Positions 40,406-54,329 of a stretch of 64,000 nt of DNA are shown in pieces (positions within the stretch are counted from its first letter, which is position 1; each line of letters opens with the position of its first letter). This DNA is from Octopus vulgaris. Its lineage: Eukaryota. Made by a program: the position numbers and the translations under genes. Below the pieces are notes generated by a model. That model searched no databases, was not told the origin of the DNA, and saw nothing but the letters and a program-made list of their open reading frames with translations. The stretch is taken from the NCBI GenBank assembly GCA_951406725.2, contig OX597825.1:74276001-74340000 (forward strand), written 5' to 3'.

Positions 40406-41199
40406 GTCTAAAATGTGAACTGCAATAAATCATAGAGAAAAAAAAACGTTAGCTGTGATTTTGAAATGAGAAAACATATAGAGGCAGTCAATCTAGAAAG
40501 GTCACTAAATATGTACACGTGAACAGACGCAGCCATGATTTCTGGTTAAGAAATTCCATGAGACAAACTGCTTTTAAGTTTAGTCCCACCGAGAGGACCT
40601 TGGACGAGTATCTTACTGTATAGACAAAATTTGAAAAAAAAAGCTTTAGTGGCTAGCGGCCGATCATGGCGATATACATATATGCGTTTAAAAAGTATTA
40701 GACTATTTTCCCGCCAAATTTTTTGCCGCGTGGGCAAAATACATTGGGTTAGCGATGAAGATACACAACTTGCACACAAGTGAAAATTTTCCCGGCGGTA
40801 AGCCGCGTCAGTTCCCGGTTGTGACGCCTAGAGTAAAGATGTGCATTGCGTGCTCGTCTTTGTATTTGTACCTCACCGCTTGACGAAAGGTCTTAGTACT
40901 GTTAAGTTTTTAAGTTCCTGTAACATAGTGTAATATGGTATTAGACGGGCAGCGTAAATACCAGCCTTAAAATAAGTACTGAGACCGATTTGAAGGTTTT
41001 GACATAATAAGGCTGTAGTCTAATGAGTGAAACAAGTAAAAGGGCAAAATAATAATAAAAAAACTAAGCACATTAAATAGGTTAGATATTAGTAATATAA
41101 CAGAAGCACAGGAAAGGAAGTCACAAAACACTGGATGTAATAAAGGCAAACACAGAGCTTCGGTGAAAGCATGCAATAACATATTGACTATTAAAATAC

Positions 41200-41290
<91 letters not shown>
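41200..41290. repeat. (GTT)n-(GAT)n microsatellite
   Basis: Seen directly. Confidence 0.95.
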
Positions 41291-41292
<2 letters not shown>

Positions 41293-41831
41293 CAGCTCAT
41301 GAAGCTGTTGATTAATTGGGAGCACTCTGGTTGTAATTGCATCGATAGGGAAATTAACTTGAAGCTTTGACAATTGTTGATAAATGTTGACATTATAAAT
41401 TAAATTAAAAATCTAATTTGTTCGTTAAATTGGAAATAAATCTATTGTGATATGATTACAAAATGAGTGAATTTAATTCAATCTGTTCCTTTGACGTTCC
41501 GAGATATTAAAAAGTATAAAAATAAAACTACAATGAAGATTGATAGCGAAGGTCCTGTAATAGAAATTTTATTGATGATGCAGTGATCATTATTATAGCG
41601 AAAACAATAAATGAGGCATGCTTTTCGTTCTGTTATTACTAGTGCAGAGATGTATGAAATAAACTAGAGGAGCTAATCAGGCATCATATATAATTTGTCT
41701 AATTTGTATTTATCGTTACATGAATCGTTGAAAAAAAAAAGATAAATATGGTTCCAGTTGAACTTCAATTTGGTTATGACCATGCAACCATGTTTTAAAA
41801 TGACGCTGAGAGAAGCGGGAATTAGGCAATC

Positions 41832-42048
41832 CTTTCTACTAAAGACAAAAGGCCTGAAATTTTTTTTGGGGAGGGGATTAGTCGATTACATCGACCCCCG
41901 TGTTTGACTGGTACTTGATTTGTCGACCCCGAAAGGATGAAAGGCAAAGTCGACCTCGGCGGAATTTGAACTCAGAACGTAGCGGTGGACAAAATATAGC
42001 TAAGTATTTTCGTCCAGCATGCTAACAATTCTACCAGCTCGCCGCCTT
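41832..42048 (-). mobile_element. Full-length SINE family A with 15-bp TSD
   Basis: GGGAATTAGGCAATC at 41817-41831 and 42049-42063. Confidence 0.92.
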
Positions 42049-42929
42049 GGGAATTAGGCAATCAGTCAATGACAGTAATGGATAAATATAAAGTAAACCA
42101 CGAGCTTATGAAGAAGCCTTTATATTACCGTTCGACCTGCCAGAGATAGCAGCTAACCACTTTCATATATCGGCTTCAAATTTAGGCAGAAGGCTAGAAA
42201 ATTTAGAGGGAGGAATTTAGTAAGTCGATTATATCAACCTCAGTGATCAACCGGTATTTATTTTGTCGATGAAAGGCTAAGTCAGCTGCGGTAGAATTTG
42301 AACCCAGAGCGTAAAGTACCAAACAGGAAAACCAAATGCCGCTAATAATTGAATTTGACTCACTAACGATTCTACAAACTCGTTACCCTCTTACCACGAA
42401 ATAAACACTCACATTTTGGTACAAAGCCAGCAAATTTAGAGGGAGGGGATAAGACAGTTGCATCGACCCCCAGTACTAAACTGGTACTTATTTTATCATC
42501 CCTTTCCGTAGGCGGAATTTGTACTCAGAACGTAAAGAGCCGGAAGAAATGCCGCTAAACATTTGGTCCGACTCGCTAACAATGCTGCCACCCCGCCACA
42601 TTATCACGTTATTAAATGAAGTATACTCTACGTTATTAAATGAACTATACATTGTACGATGCATTCCAGATATGCACAAGTTAGAGGTTTGGCCGTGTGT
42701 ATGACAGTTGAATGGAGGTTGACAGGACACTAAGCATCAACTAGTATACCAAATCAGGGATGGATTTATTGTTATTTTCATTCAGAAGTAAAGCAAAAAA
42801 GAAAACAATTAAATATTCTTATTATAGATATATGACTGTTATTTCTCATGCTATAACACTACTACTTCTACTACCACTACTATTTTTTGTTAGTTCCTTT
42901 CAATAATTAATTTTAAGAATTAGTAGCAC

Positions 42930-43330
42930 TTAAAAATCGGACGTCGGTTCCTCATCAGAAGAAAGACAAAAGAAAGAGGAAGTGAGAACGGGGAATAGTC
43001 AGTGAGAAAAGGAAAAACGCGGACGAGAGGTTAGGGTCTAGAAAGGAGTGTATTTCTATGAAGGAAGTTAAGAAGGGAGGAGGGATATGACTGGTGTTCA
43101 GAAGGGAATGGAGATATAAGTGGAGTTTTGCTTGGGCATTGGGTTGCAACGCCCTTTTCGTACGGAGCATTGTGAATTTGGAGAAGCATTGTAATATAGT
43201 ACTGTGGAGGGCAACCGGTAGTTCTGTCATAAGAATATTCGTTATCTTGGTATACTGCATCCTTGTACACATTACATCAAGTTTGTTAGCGAATGAAACG
43301 GTGGCCGACCGCGAAATACGACACAGTTCC
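42930..43330 (-). mobile_element. Possible old Penelope-like 3' remnant with broken hammerhead
   Basis: ELPVALH and QAKLHLYLHS resemble the PVA.HF / EQ.LIF.L PLE C-terminus, followed by a pyrimidine-rich tail and CTGATGA-GG-AA-CC-GA--CGTC. Confidence 0.35.
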
Positions 43331-43989
43331 AACGACAGCTGTACCGACCAAGGAGGTTACTGTATTTACTGATTACCTACCTGCGCCCTTGTTTGTACTA
43401 ATATGCTACGTACACCGATCGATGTACTTTTGTAGAAATCAATAGTAATATTCTGTTGTGTCTGGGGAGAGTCATGTTTGGAAGTCAATAGTAATAGTTT
43501 TCCTCCTTCCCACAAACACAATGCTTTATGGTCCTGAAATAATTGGACACTGCGTAACAAAGAATACAGCTACACGCGCGCGTACATATTTTTTATAGTA
43601 AAGATAAGTTATTGAGATAACAATATGCAATGAATACATGATTGTGTGCAGTTGTGGCACTGTAACAGAATTAGATTCTGATTTAATGTGAAAAGAGGTG
43701 ATTAAGAGAAGAAGCACTTAGGAGAAAAGGTCGGAAAGAAAATCACAGGTTAATGCTATAATATTATAAGATGAATGGGAAGAGAGAAGAACGCACATTT
43801 GTGTCTACAGATAACTGTGGTTGAACTTATACAAAGAATAAAAACGAACAAAGCAAAGACAAAAGAAGTTCAATGCGAAATGGAAGAGGGACCAGTTGTT
43901 AAAAGTGTCACGTTGTTTTCGACGACTTGCTGTAGTCATCTTCCATTCATTCATAATGTGTTTATGATGCGCGTGAAAGAAAATAAAGG

Positions 43990-45000
43990 AGATTGAGTAT
44001 TTTCTGGTGAACAGGACCCAGCATGTGGTGATCGCTGATTTTCTATGGAACTCAGTAATTGTCATTAGTGGAGTCCTACAAAGCATTCTAATATACCCAC
44101 TGTTCTTCATTATTTGCATTAATGACACTATTGACGTCATCACACAGAGCCACATAGGAATTTACGCTGATGACTTTACATAAGAGATCGGACACATCTG
44201 CAATCGTATCTCCTCACTATTATCCAATAAGCGAAAACACAATAAGCATCTAAACGAGGTTGAATTTCAACTAATTCACTTCGCTAAAGAGGTTGCATTT
44301 AAATTACCATGTCTTCTTCCTTTACGATATCAAACACTGCTAGAGACCTCGGCATAAACTGGAAAGCACACATAAACAGCAAAGTTGACATGGCTCGCAG
44401 GCCGTGATCCCGGATCGTCAGGGCTTCCCAGTCTAGCGATGCTACTACCACTAGCCTTCTTTTCTCGATCTTCACCCGTCCCCACCTTCAATACTGCTGT
44501 CCGCCATGGCCCCCCTATTCGAAACACAGTATTATAAAATCGAAACGCCCTGGAGATCAATCACAAAAATATTAGACAGCTGGACACACTTGATTACTGG
44601 AATAGCTCGAAATGCTAATTTTTATTCCCTCGAACGCTATGTTATTTCCTTGAGCGTTATATTATTTCTATGATATGAAAAATATTCTATCATCATTATC
44701 ATCATCACCACTGCCCAAATGATGTTGGTATCAACTTAAAATTTCATTCAGCTTTGAACTCCGTACCTTCCACCCTCTTCAAAATTCGTGACACGTCATC
44801 TTACAACACTAAATCAGAAGTATTTCACCTCAACTGACCCTGGTCACTTTAACATCATTGCAAGATACATAACGAAGAAAAAGAGGGTCCCTGTATTAAT
44901 TTCTCCAACAAATTCTAGATAAACCAACTCTATCCAGATATATCTATGAAACAATAGCCCTTTACTTACACGAGTAAATGCCATCGACAGGTAGTGCTAT
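43990..45000 (+). pseudogene. CR1-like LINE reverse transcriptase 3' fossil
   Basis: SGVLQSILIYPLFFIICINDT..SHIGIYADD; later HLQYCCPPWP, IETPWRSITK..THLDYW and YSLER. Confidence 0.75.
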
Positions 45001-45114
45001 TAAGCTAGTCGGGATCAGGGCTAATTCTGGCCGAAACCTAAGTATCTGTGTGATTAAGACCTTCATTTGCAACCAATGACGTCCGCCAAGTGTCTTATAT
45101 ATGTATGTATATGG

Positions 45115-46430
45115 TAAATGAAAGACGGAAAATTGAAGATACGAGAATTTTTATTAATCACGACAATTGTTTCGACACATCTAGCACCGATACTTAACAA
45201 CTGGTTCAGGAGCATCGCACGTGATAAATAGATATAGAGCATCGAGTGATAAATAGATATAACTCGTTAGAATAAAAGTTCCGCAATGTATCTTCCCATT
45301 TCGTGTAAAGAAAAGCAGCAAAACATAGGATATATCTTCATTTATATAGAAGATCAAAAATAAAATAACAGTTGCAAAAATAAAAGAAACGAACAAGCAA
45401 TACAGCGAGAAAAGTACTAAAAATAAAGGTTAACGGGCTTGGGTGTATAAACGACTTCGCGCAAGTTGCATGTTGCATGTACACTCGCTCATATAAGCAT
45501 CCACGAAGATGTAAGCATACGCACACGTGTGCTTTGGAGCACACATGTTCACATAGCGAGTTAAAAAGAATGGGGGGGTTAAAGCTAGACTTAATTCATC
45601 CATACCTTGAAGTAAATTATGTTAACAGTTACTCAAATTCATTCTTACTACATTGTGCGAAAGTACATTTATATGCATATAGGCATCTCTAGAGCCCGTC
45701 AGAAATTCTATTAATGATCTTCTCATTGGTCCACAGAATAAGCAGGGATTCCTAAATTATATTGTATGGTTTTAACATGTCTTACTATAGACCAAATTAT
45801 TCTATACTTAATTTCATCTTTTTTCAGTCGCCACTCAATATCGGCCAAACATGTTGAATATCTCTTATTGATTCTCTTGCTGCTGGCAACATGGTTGTGA
45901 TAACGATTCTTAAATGAATCAGCCGTTTGATCAATGTAACCAAACAACACGCTCCTTGTGTGCACAGTACATTTATATACAAGATTCGTACTCATACAGA
46001 GGTTCATCAATGGGCATCTTGGTTTCTATCTGCATGAGCATTTACTTCATTTATCTGTATATATGGCAGTTCTGACATCATTTTCCGACAATGTAACCAT
46101 GTTAGCTATATCACAATCGTGATTTGGCCGTAGTTATTGTTTTCCATTGCGATTTACATCTTCGTTGGAATTTAGATGCATATATTTGCTATATCCAGTA
46201 GGCAAGTTAGTGAACTGTTGTCGCATTTTACTATTGTTTATGCGGTGCATATTGTACTCTAAATTAGTAGAGTTATTGAAGGATACCTTCACGGTGTGCC
46301 GATTAAAAATAGCATGGTATTTATTAGATTTAGGAAAAAACATTTGTCGAAAGCGGCAAAGAAATTTTCAGCCATCATGCGAGTCGAAAATTGGGTTGAA
46401 CCAGAGGACATTATGATTGCTAGATCTGTT
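45115..46430 (-). mobile_element. Penelope-like element 3' remnant (thumb linker, GIY-YIG, tail with degenerate hammerhead)
   Basis: NVLWFNP, FFPKSNKYHAIFNRHTVKVS, CPLMNLC..LVYKC..GYIDQT..FKNRYHNH..I.W.I; the tail has ATGTGTC-GAAA-CAATT-GTC-GTGA at about 45158-45180. Confidence 0.8.
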
Positions 46431-47321
46431 GTTTGACTTATTTGATCTAATGTGTTATACAGGATTGGAAAAATGTACTGTTATGAGCAGTTGGATTATC
46501 GTGTGGTGTGTGTCTATGAGTTTTCTTTGGAAGTTCATTGCCTTGAATAATTCTTTTTGGCCTGTATTCTCGATCTGAGTAAATTCTCATACCGTAACTT
46601 TGTGATGGTATACATGTGTGTATGTGTTTTCGTTTTACCCTCGTCACTTCTGGACAACCGGTGTTGCTTTGTTTACGTCCTCGATAATTAGCGTTTCAGC
46701 AAAAAAGAAAAAGAGTGCGGTAGTATAAGTGTTATACTAAACACATTCAAGGCGGTCCCCGCCCCCAAACGACTGCAGTCAAATTACTATAATAAGTAAA
46801 AGGAGAGAAAGCCAGGATCATTGGATCTCGCGATGCAGTGGTTTCGGCTGGAGAAAAATTCGTCTCCGACTTCAAGAGAAACAAACTTGCATTTAATCAA
46901 ATACGCATGTATGAATACTTACATACACACGGACACACATACACACTTAAATGTATGCATATATTATCAATGTAATTGCAAATCCATGCTCACCAGAATG
47001 TAAAGGTTTATAGATTTAACCTAGTTTTGACAATACACAAAAATATTTCTTCCTCGGATAAAATCTTTTCTTAAAGGTGTGAATAATATAGTTATATATA
47101 CAAATTCAATAAGGAAACGTCTGCACGTAGTTATTACATTAGTGAATAATCATGTTCCGACATGTACCATATATCCATACATAGGGACACACACGCGCAC
47201 ACACGCGCGCGCGCGCACACACACACAATAAATTGAATATAAGTATATATTTTTTGCAGTCACTTATTGTTTTATCAGTCTCAGTCTTACTATTTCTCAA
47301 AGGAGGGGCACAACATTGAAA

Positions 47322-47441
<120 letters not shown>

Positions 47442-47707
47442 ATATATATACATATATGTACAGTGAAAGAATGAAAAATAGATAGACAGACAGGGAGAAA
47501 GAGACGGATAGAATAGATAGATAAATAGAAAGATAGTGAGAGAGAGAGGGGGGGGCACAGAAATTGCATACCCTTATGCTAATTTTCATTCGAGGAATTC
47601 TGGAAAGAAAATCAAAACTAGTCATGTGTCATGAATCTACATAAAACCATACATACATACATACATGTATGCATGCATATTAACTATATATAACTATATA
47701 CACATAA

Positions 47708-47754
<47 letters not shown>

Positions 47755-48169
47755 CATGCATATACACGCACGCACACACGAAGACACACAGACAGATACA
47801 CACTCATACACACAAGAACACATGTACAGTGTAATTGTAGACGTCGAAATTAAAGAATTAAGGTTCAGAAAGTAGGCGTTAAATGCAGTATCCAAACCTT
47901 ATTTCAGGGTAAGTCACAGGTAGTGTCTCTGAAGACCACGTTCACCACTTATGGCTACCAGGCGTCATCAGCGATACTGTGTGTTCCTCTTTGGATCTAC
48001 GTCTGGAATACCCAGGTGTACGTAGGATATATTTTAGGTTCACGTAGGGTATATACTACTTGCATCAATTTGCTATAAAAGTATGTAGAGATTTTCTTAT
48101 TCTTACTCTTTCTACAATTCTTGAAAAGTGCTGTCTGATTTTAACAGTTATTTTTTTTTCAAAGCCATA

Positions 48170-48958
48170 ATGGAAGTGACAAACGAGAATATTGGGCATA
48201 TTTTGCTCTATGAGTTCAATAAAGACAACAAAGCAAAGGGAAGTGCGAGGAACAATAATACAGTATATGGAGATCGGATAATAAGCGTAATCCAGTGTCA
48301 ACGTTGGCTCTAGAAATTCCGAGCCAGAAACTATAGACTAGAAGACTGTCCTCATCCTGCAAGATCTGTACTGCACGATGAGGACTTCCCGTAATCCCTG
48401 GTGGAGCACAAGCTCTTCGTAAATGTCGAGGAACTAGCAGAGTAGTTTGGATTTGGGCATTCAACCATTCATCGATACCTGTGTGCTAACGGAAAAGTCA
48501 GCATATTGGTCAGTGGGTCCCTCACAATCTTTCCGAGTCTAATCACGAGCAGAGAGTGAATGTGCGCTCTTCTTTGCTGTCACGTCTCACGAATGAACCT
48601 CTTTCGGACCGAATAGTGACTGGTGACGAGGAATGGGTTCTCTAAAAAAATGTCAAGCGCTGGAGACAGTGGGTAGGGAAAGGGGAAACACCAGCACCCC
48701 AAGCTAAAGAAGGTATTCACCCACATAAAGTGTTATCTGTTTGGTGGGATACGAAAGGTTTAAACTCAAACCAAACGATAAACAAAGATCTACTTGGAGC
48801 AAACTGTGCGGCTTTAGTCAGCGCTAGAAGAAAAGCGACAATCTTTGGTTTCAAGACGAAAGGTGTTCATCCATGCGGATAATGCTCAGCCGCATAAAGC
48901 AAGGGTGACATTCCAAAGGCTCGATCGGTTTGAATAAGAAACGATGCCCCACCCAGCA
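48170..48958 (+). pseudogene. Mariner (Mos1/SETMAR-type) transposase pseudogene, 3'-truncated
   Basis: MEVTNENIGHILLYEFNK..ARN...VYG..QRW HTH, QWVPH, RIVTGDEEWVL, HADNAQPH, ETMPHP; stops and frameshifts present. Confidence 0.9.
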
Positions 48959-48989
48959 TACATACGTACATATGTATATATATACACAC

Positions 48990-49037
<48 letters not shown>

Positions 49038-49039
<2 letters not shown>

Positions 49040-49318
49040 AGGCGCAATGGCCCAGTGGTTAGGGCAGCGGACTCGCGGTCGTAGGATTGCGGTTTCGATT
49101 CCCAGACCGGGCGCTGTGTGTGTTTATTGAGCGAAAACACCTAAAAGCTCAACGAGGCTCCGGCAGGGGGTGGTGATCCCTGCTGTACTCTTTCACCACT
49201 CTTTCTCTCACACTTTCTCCTGTTGACCTGCTCGCTTAGCCAGCGGGGTGGCGTCATGCGAACGCATTGTGACCAGCGATGTGTAACAACATCTGATAGC
49301 CTGGTCGGTCACGGTGAT
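49038..49318 (+). mobile_element. SINE family B
   Basis: GGCGCAATGGCCCAGTGGTTAGGGCAGCGGACTCGCGGTC head with A and B boxes. Confidence 0.85.
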
Positions 49319-49388
49319 ATATATATATATATATATATAATAGATATATTTGTGTGTGTATTTGTGTATGTATATATATATATGTATG

Positions 49389-49436
<48 letters not shown>

Positions 49437-49444
49437 TGTATGTA

Positions 49445-49794
49445 TAAGGCGACGATTTGGCAGAATCGTTAGCACACCGGGCGAAATGCTTAGCGGCATT
49501 TCGTCCATCTTCATCTTCTGAGTTCAAATTCCGCCGAGGTCGGATTTGCATTTCATCCTTTCAGAGTTGATAGATTGAATACCAGTGAAACACTGGGGTC
49601 GATCTAGTCACCTTCCCACAAATTTGAGGCCTTCTGCTTCCAGTAGAATGGATTATTATTAAACATGGTTCCGGGTTCAGTCCCACTGCGTGGCACCTTG
49701 GATAACTGTCGTCTACTATAGCCTCAGGCTGACCAAAGCCCTGTGAGTGGATTTGGTAGTCGGAAACTGAAAGAAGCACGCCGTATGTGTGTGG

Positions 49795-49825
<31 letters not shown>

Positions 49826-50047
49826 TGTGTGTTTGTTTGTGTGTCTGTGTTTGTCCCATCCCCACCATCGCTTGACAACAGATGTTGGTATGTTTACTTC
49901 CCTGTAGCTTAGCATTTCGGCAAAAGAGGCCGATAAAATAAGTTCTAGGTTTACAAAGAACAAGTCATAGGGTCGCTTTGTTCGATTAAAGGTGATGCTC
50001 CAGCATGGCCGAAGTCAAACGCCTGGAACCAATAAAAGAATAAAAGA
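49445..50047 (+). mobile_element. SINE family A followed by SINE family C
   Basis: Family A 49445-49660; family C 49662-50047 with CACCTTGGATAACTGTC CORE-like block. Confidence 0.8.
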
Positions 50048-50788
50048 ATATATATATGTAATTATGTATGTATTATGTATGTATGTATGTATGTATGTAT
50101 GTATGTATGTATGTATGTGTTATGCATGTATGCTATACGCTTATCTCCATGCAGCATTTTTCTTATATGAACCTGAATATATCAACATATATCAATCTAC
50201 CTCAATGATTAACTGTAAACACTTTCCTCAACAAAACAAAACTACAGATATCTTCTTTGCATATAATCACTAACGTTTTTATTTTGGAACTCATTTGCTT
50301 TTCAAACGAACGTAATTGCTTCATTTTCCAGTAATTTATGCAGTGAATGAAAGACGTATATTTACTGAAGGAATGGCCAAATACAACCTAATATAGCGAT
50401 TCGAAGCAATTTTGCAGGATTATTCAATTTCCAAGATAAATTGAATGTAGAGTCTCGCTCTAAACAGTTTACTTTGCATTACATCAGAAAATAATACACT
50501 CTGGTCAATTCCACTGTAGAATAAGTAAAAATAAATAAGCAATATATAGTTCCTAAATTTGATAATTTCACGATTCAGGATTTATATGCTCTGCAGTAAT
50601 ATAATTTTAGCAATTTTCTGGAATATATTTGTTTACGTAATATCTCAAGATATTTATCTGTGTATGCATACTTATATGTACGTATGTAGATAATGGCACA
50701 AATATATTTACATGCATACGTAAGTATGTACTTACGTATATGTGTATGTATGCACGTACTTATTTATGTATGTATATTCTTATATATG

Positions 50789-50850
<62 letters not shown>

Positions 50851-50973
50851 CATACATACACACACGAGTGTGAACCTCTCTCTATCTCTAATTATATATT
50901 TTTATATATACTATACGTAAGTATATATATACACATACGTTCGTGTACGTATATACAAGTGTATATACTTATA

Positions 50974-51033
<60 letters not shown>

Positions 51034-51150
51034 TATGTGTGTATATATATATATATATAGATATATATATATATACATATACATATATGTGTATGTATGT
51101 ATGTATACATATATATAAAAAGACAATTACATACATATATATACATATAC

Positions 51151-51233
<83 letters not shown>

Positions 51234-51598
51234 TGAAAAGGTTCTGTATATTTGAACAAATGATTCGCTATAATATCAAGATTTATGCAGAAGCCGTGCT
51301 AAGTATCAAATTATTTAGACGTGTTAATTTCGTCGAGTTTATCCCCACCATTTACAATTCCTCTTGCCTCTTATGATGTCTTTTAATGAAAATGTTTATG
51401 ATGTAATAAGAAAAAATTGAGTCGTAATCTTTTGAGTTGGGAATATAAGAAGCAAATATATTCCAGCATTTGTAATACGTCTTTGGAAATTTTCTTGAAT
51501 TTTCTTACAGAAAGACGGTAAATATCAACAATTTTAATGGAATTAATTATGTTTTGCATTTAACAAAACTTTTTATTAGAATAGATATAGAGAGTTTG

Positions 51599-51632
<34 letters not shown>

Positions 51633-51724
51633 TGTATGTATGTATGTATGTATGTATGTTTATATATATATAGATACATATATATATATATATATATATA
51701 CATGCATGTATATATCAATGTGTG

Positions 51725-51757
<33 letters not shown>

Positions 51758-51770
51758 GTGTGTGTGTGTA

Positions 51771-52690
<920 letters not shown>

Positions 52691-53045
52691 GTATATGTAT
52701 GTACATATATATATATATATATACACATGACAGGTTTCTTTCAGTTTCTACCTACGAAATCCACTTACACAGATCTGGTCTGCCCGAGGCTATAGTAGCA
52801 GACATTTGCCAAGCAGTGTCATGCTGTGGGACTAAACCCAGAACTATGATGTCAGGATACCAGTTTCTTAGCACACAGCCACGAATGTATGTATGCATGT
52901 ATGTATATATGCATCCCTGTGTATTACATAAATTTGACTTAGATTCCTGTTATGCTACAGTTGTGAGAATAATAAATATTTTAATAGTAATTTTCTTATT
53001 ACATGTGTGCATGCACAGACATACTCACACACATACACACACTTC

Positions 53046-53085
<40 letters not shown>

Positions 53086-53193
53086 TGAATATGATACTTA
53101 AGTTGAGGCACAAGAATTTAGTGCAGTATTATCCATACAATTTCAAAGTAAGGTGATTAAAATCAAAATAAGCAACAATGATATCCATAGGTA

Positions 53194-53283
53194 ATGCAGT
53201 ACGATCGTTTCAAGCAACTCCATTTAATTGAAGAATGCAATCATTACATCAATTTAAAATGCATAGCAATCTTCAGCTTCACA
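53194..53283 (-). ncRNA. Type I hammerhead ribozyme, left arm of inverted pair
   Basis: Minus strand GTGAAG-CTGAAGA-[58 nt]-GAAA-CGATC-GTA-CTGCAT. Confidence 0.65.
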
Positions 53284-53403
53284 AAGACATAGAATTTAAT
53301 TAAATTAGAAAAGATGGACGCAGTAGTATAATTATACCTCAAATCTCCAAAACGTGAAAGAAATAGACAAAGAACATGTTGTTTCTACATCAGCATAGAA
53401 GTT

Positions 53404-53492
53404 GTGCAGCTGAAGATTGCTCTACGTTTTAAAAGGATGTAATGATTGCATTGTTCAATTAAATGGAGTTGCATGAAACGATCGTACTGCAT
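53404..53492 (+). ncRNA. Type I hammerhead ribozyme, right arm of inverted pair
   Basis: GTGCAG-CTGAAGA-[TTGC...GCAT]-GAAA-CGATC-GTA-CTGCAT; stem I 6 bp, palindromic stem III ACGATCGT. Confidence 0.78.
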
Positions 53493-53624
53493 TACCTCTG
53501 GATATCATTGTTGATTACTTTGATTTTAATCTCACACACACACATGTGTGTGTGTGTGTGCGTGTGTGTTTGTATGTATGTATATATATATATACGTCGT
53601 ATATATATATATATATATATATAT

Positions 53625-54329
53625 ATGCCCCTCTTCATTAATAATAGGAATAGAAACTTTCTTGGAACAAATGGGAACAACCTCCTTACTAATAATGAGT
53701 GCACCATACCTGTCAGAGATAATATAAATGTAATAGATCATACTTCTACTACCAATACTAGTACTAGTGATAGGAATATAGCCGATAATGTGAAATTAAC
53801 TCATTCGTTGATTTTGGGTTTGGATGATGATAACAATTGTAACACTTATAATGTGAATAGTAGTATAGGGGTGGTGTCCAATCTTAGATTTCCTCATTCT
53901 GTTAATCTTTGTAATTTCAGAAATAAAAATAAATGTGTATTTGGTAATCAATGCCTCAGGAAGGAGGTAGTTTACCAATGCACTGTAGATACACAATTGA
54001 GTAGTAGGGTGTATATCGGGGCAACTATGAATAGCATAAAACAAAGATGGAATTATCACAGATATACTTTTAGGAATAAAAATAGAATGTACTCTACAGG
54101 GCTAAGTGCATACATTTGGGAACTTAAAAGTAAGAACTTAGATTTTAGATTAAACTGGAAAATACTAACTTCAGCACCTGTGTATAATGGAAAAAATAAA
54201 AAATGCTCTCTATGTATTAATGAAATTTTCTTCATTATTAAAGCGGGTCGGCAAATTATTAACAACATTAATGAAAAAAACTTCTTTTGTATTCATAGGC
54301 TACCGTTCACCTTTTCTAGATTCAAATAG
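53625..54329 (+). CDS. GIY-YIG endonuclease domain of a 5'-truncated Penelope-like element (open frame, no RT)
   Basis: CNFRNKNKCVFGNQCLRKEVVYQC..RVYIGAT..KQRWNYH..TGLSAYIWELK..WKIL..CSLCINE..CIHR; the upstream part of the called ORF is microsatellite. Confidence 0.85.
   Translation: MPLFINNRNRNFLGTNGNNLLTNNECTIPVRDNINVIDHTSTTNTSTSDRNIADNVKLTHSLILGLDDDNNCNTYNVNSSIGVVSNLRFPHSVNLCNFRNKNKCVFGNQCLRKEVVYQCTVDTQLSSRVYIGATMNSIKQRWNYHRYTFRNKNRMYSTGLSAYIWELKSKNLDFRLNWKILTSAPVYNGKNKKCSLCINEIFFIIKAGRQIINNINEKNFFCIHRLPFTFSRFK

Noticed and set aside
35850-41800. Microsatellite-poor AT-rich stretch that looks like decayed coding DNA
   Set aside because: No ORF or motif I can recognise; needs tBLASTx or HMM search
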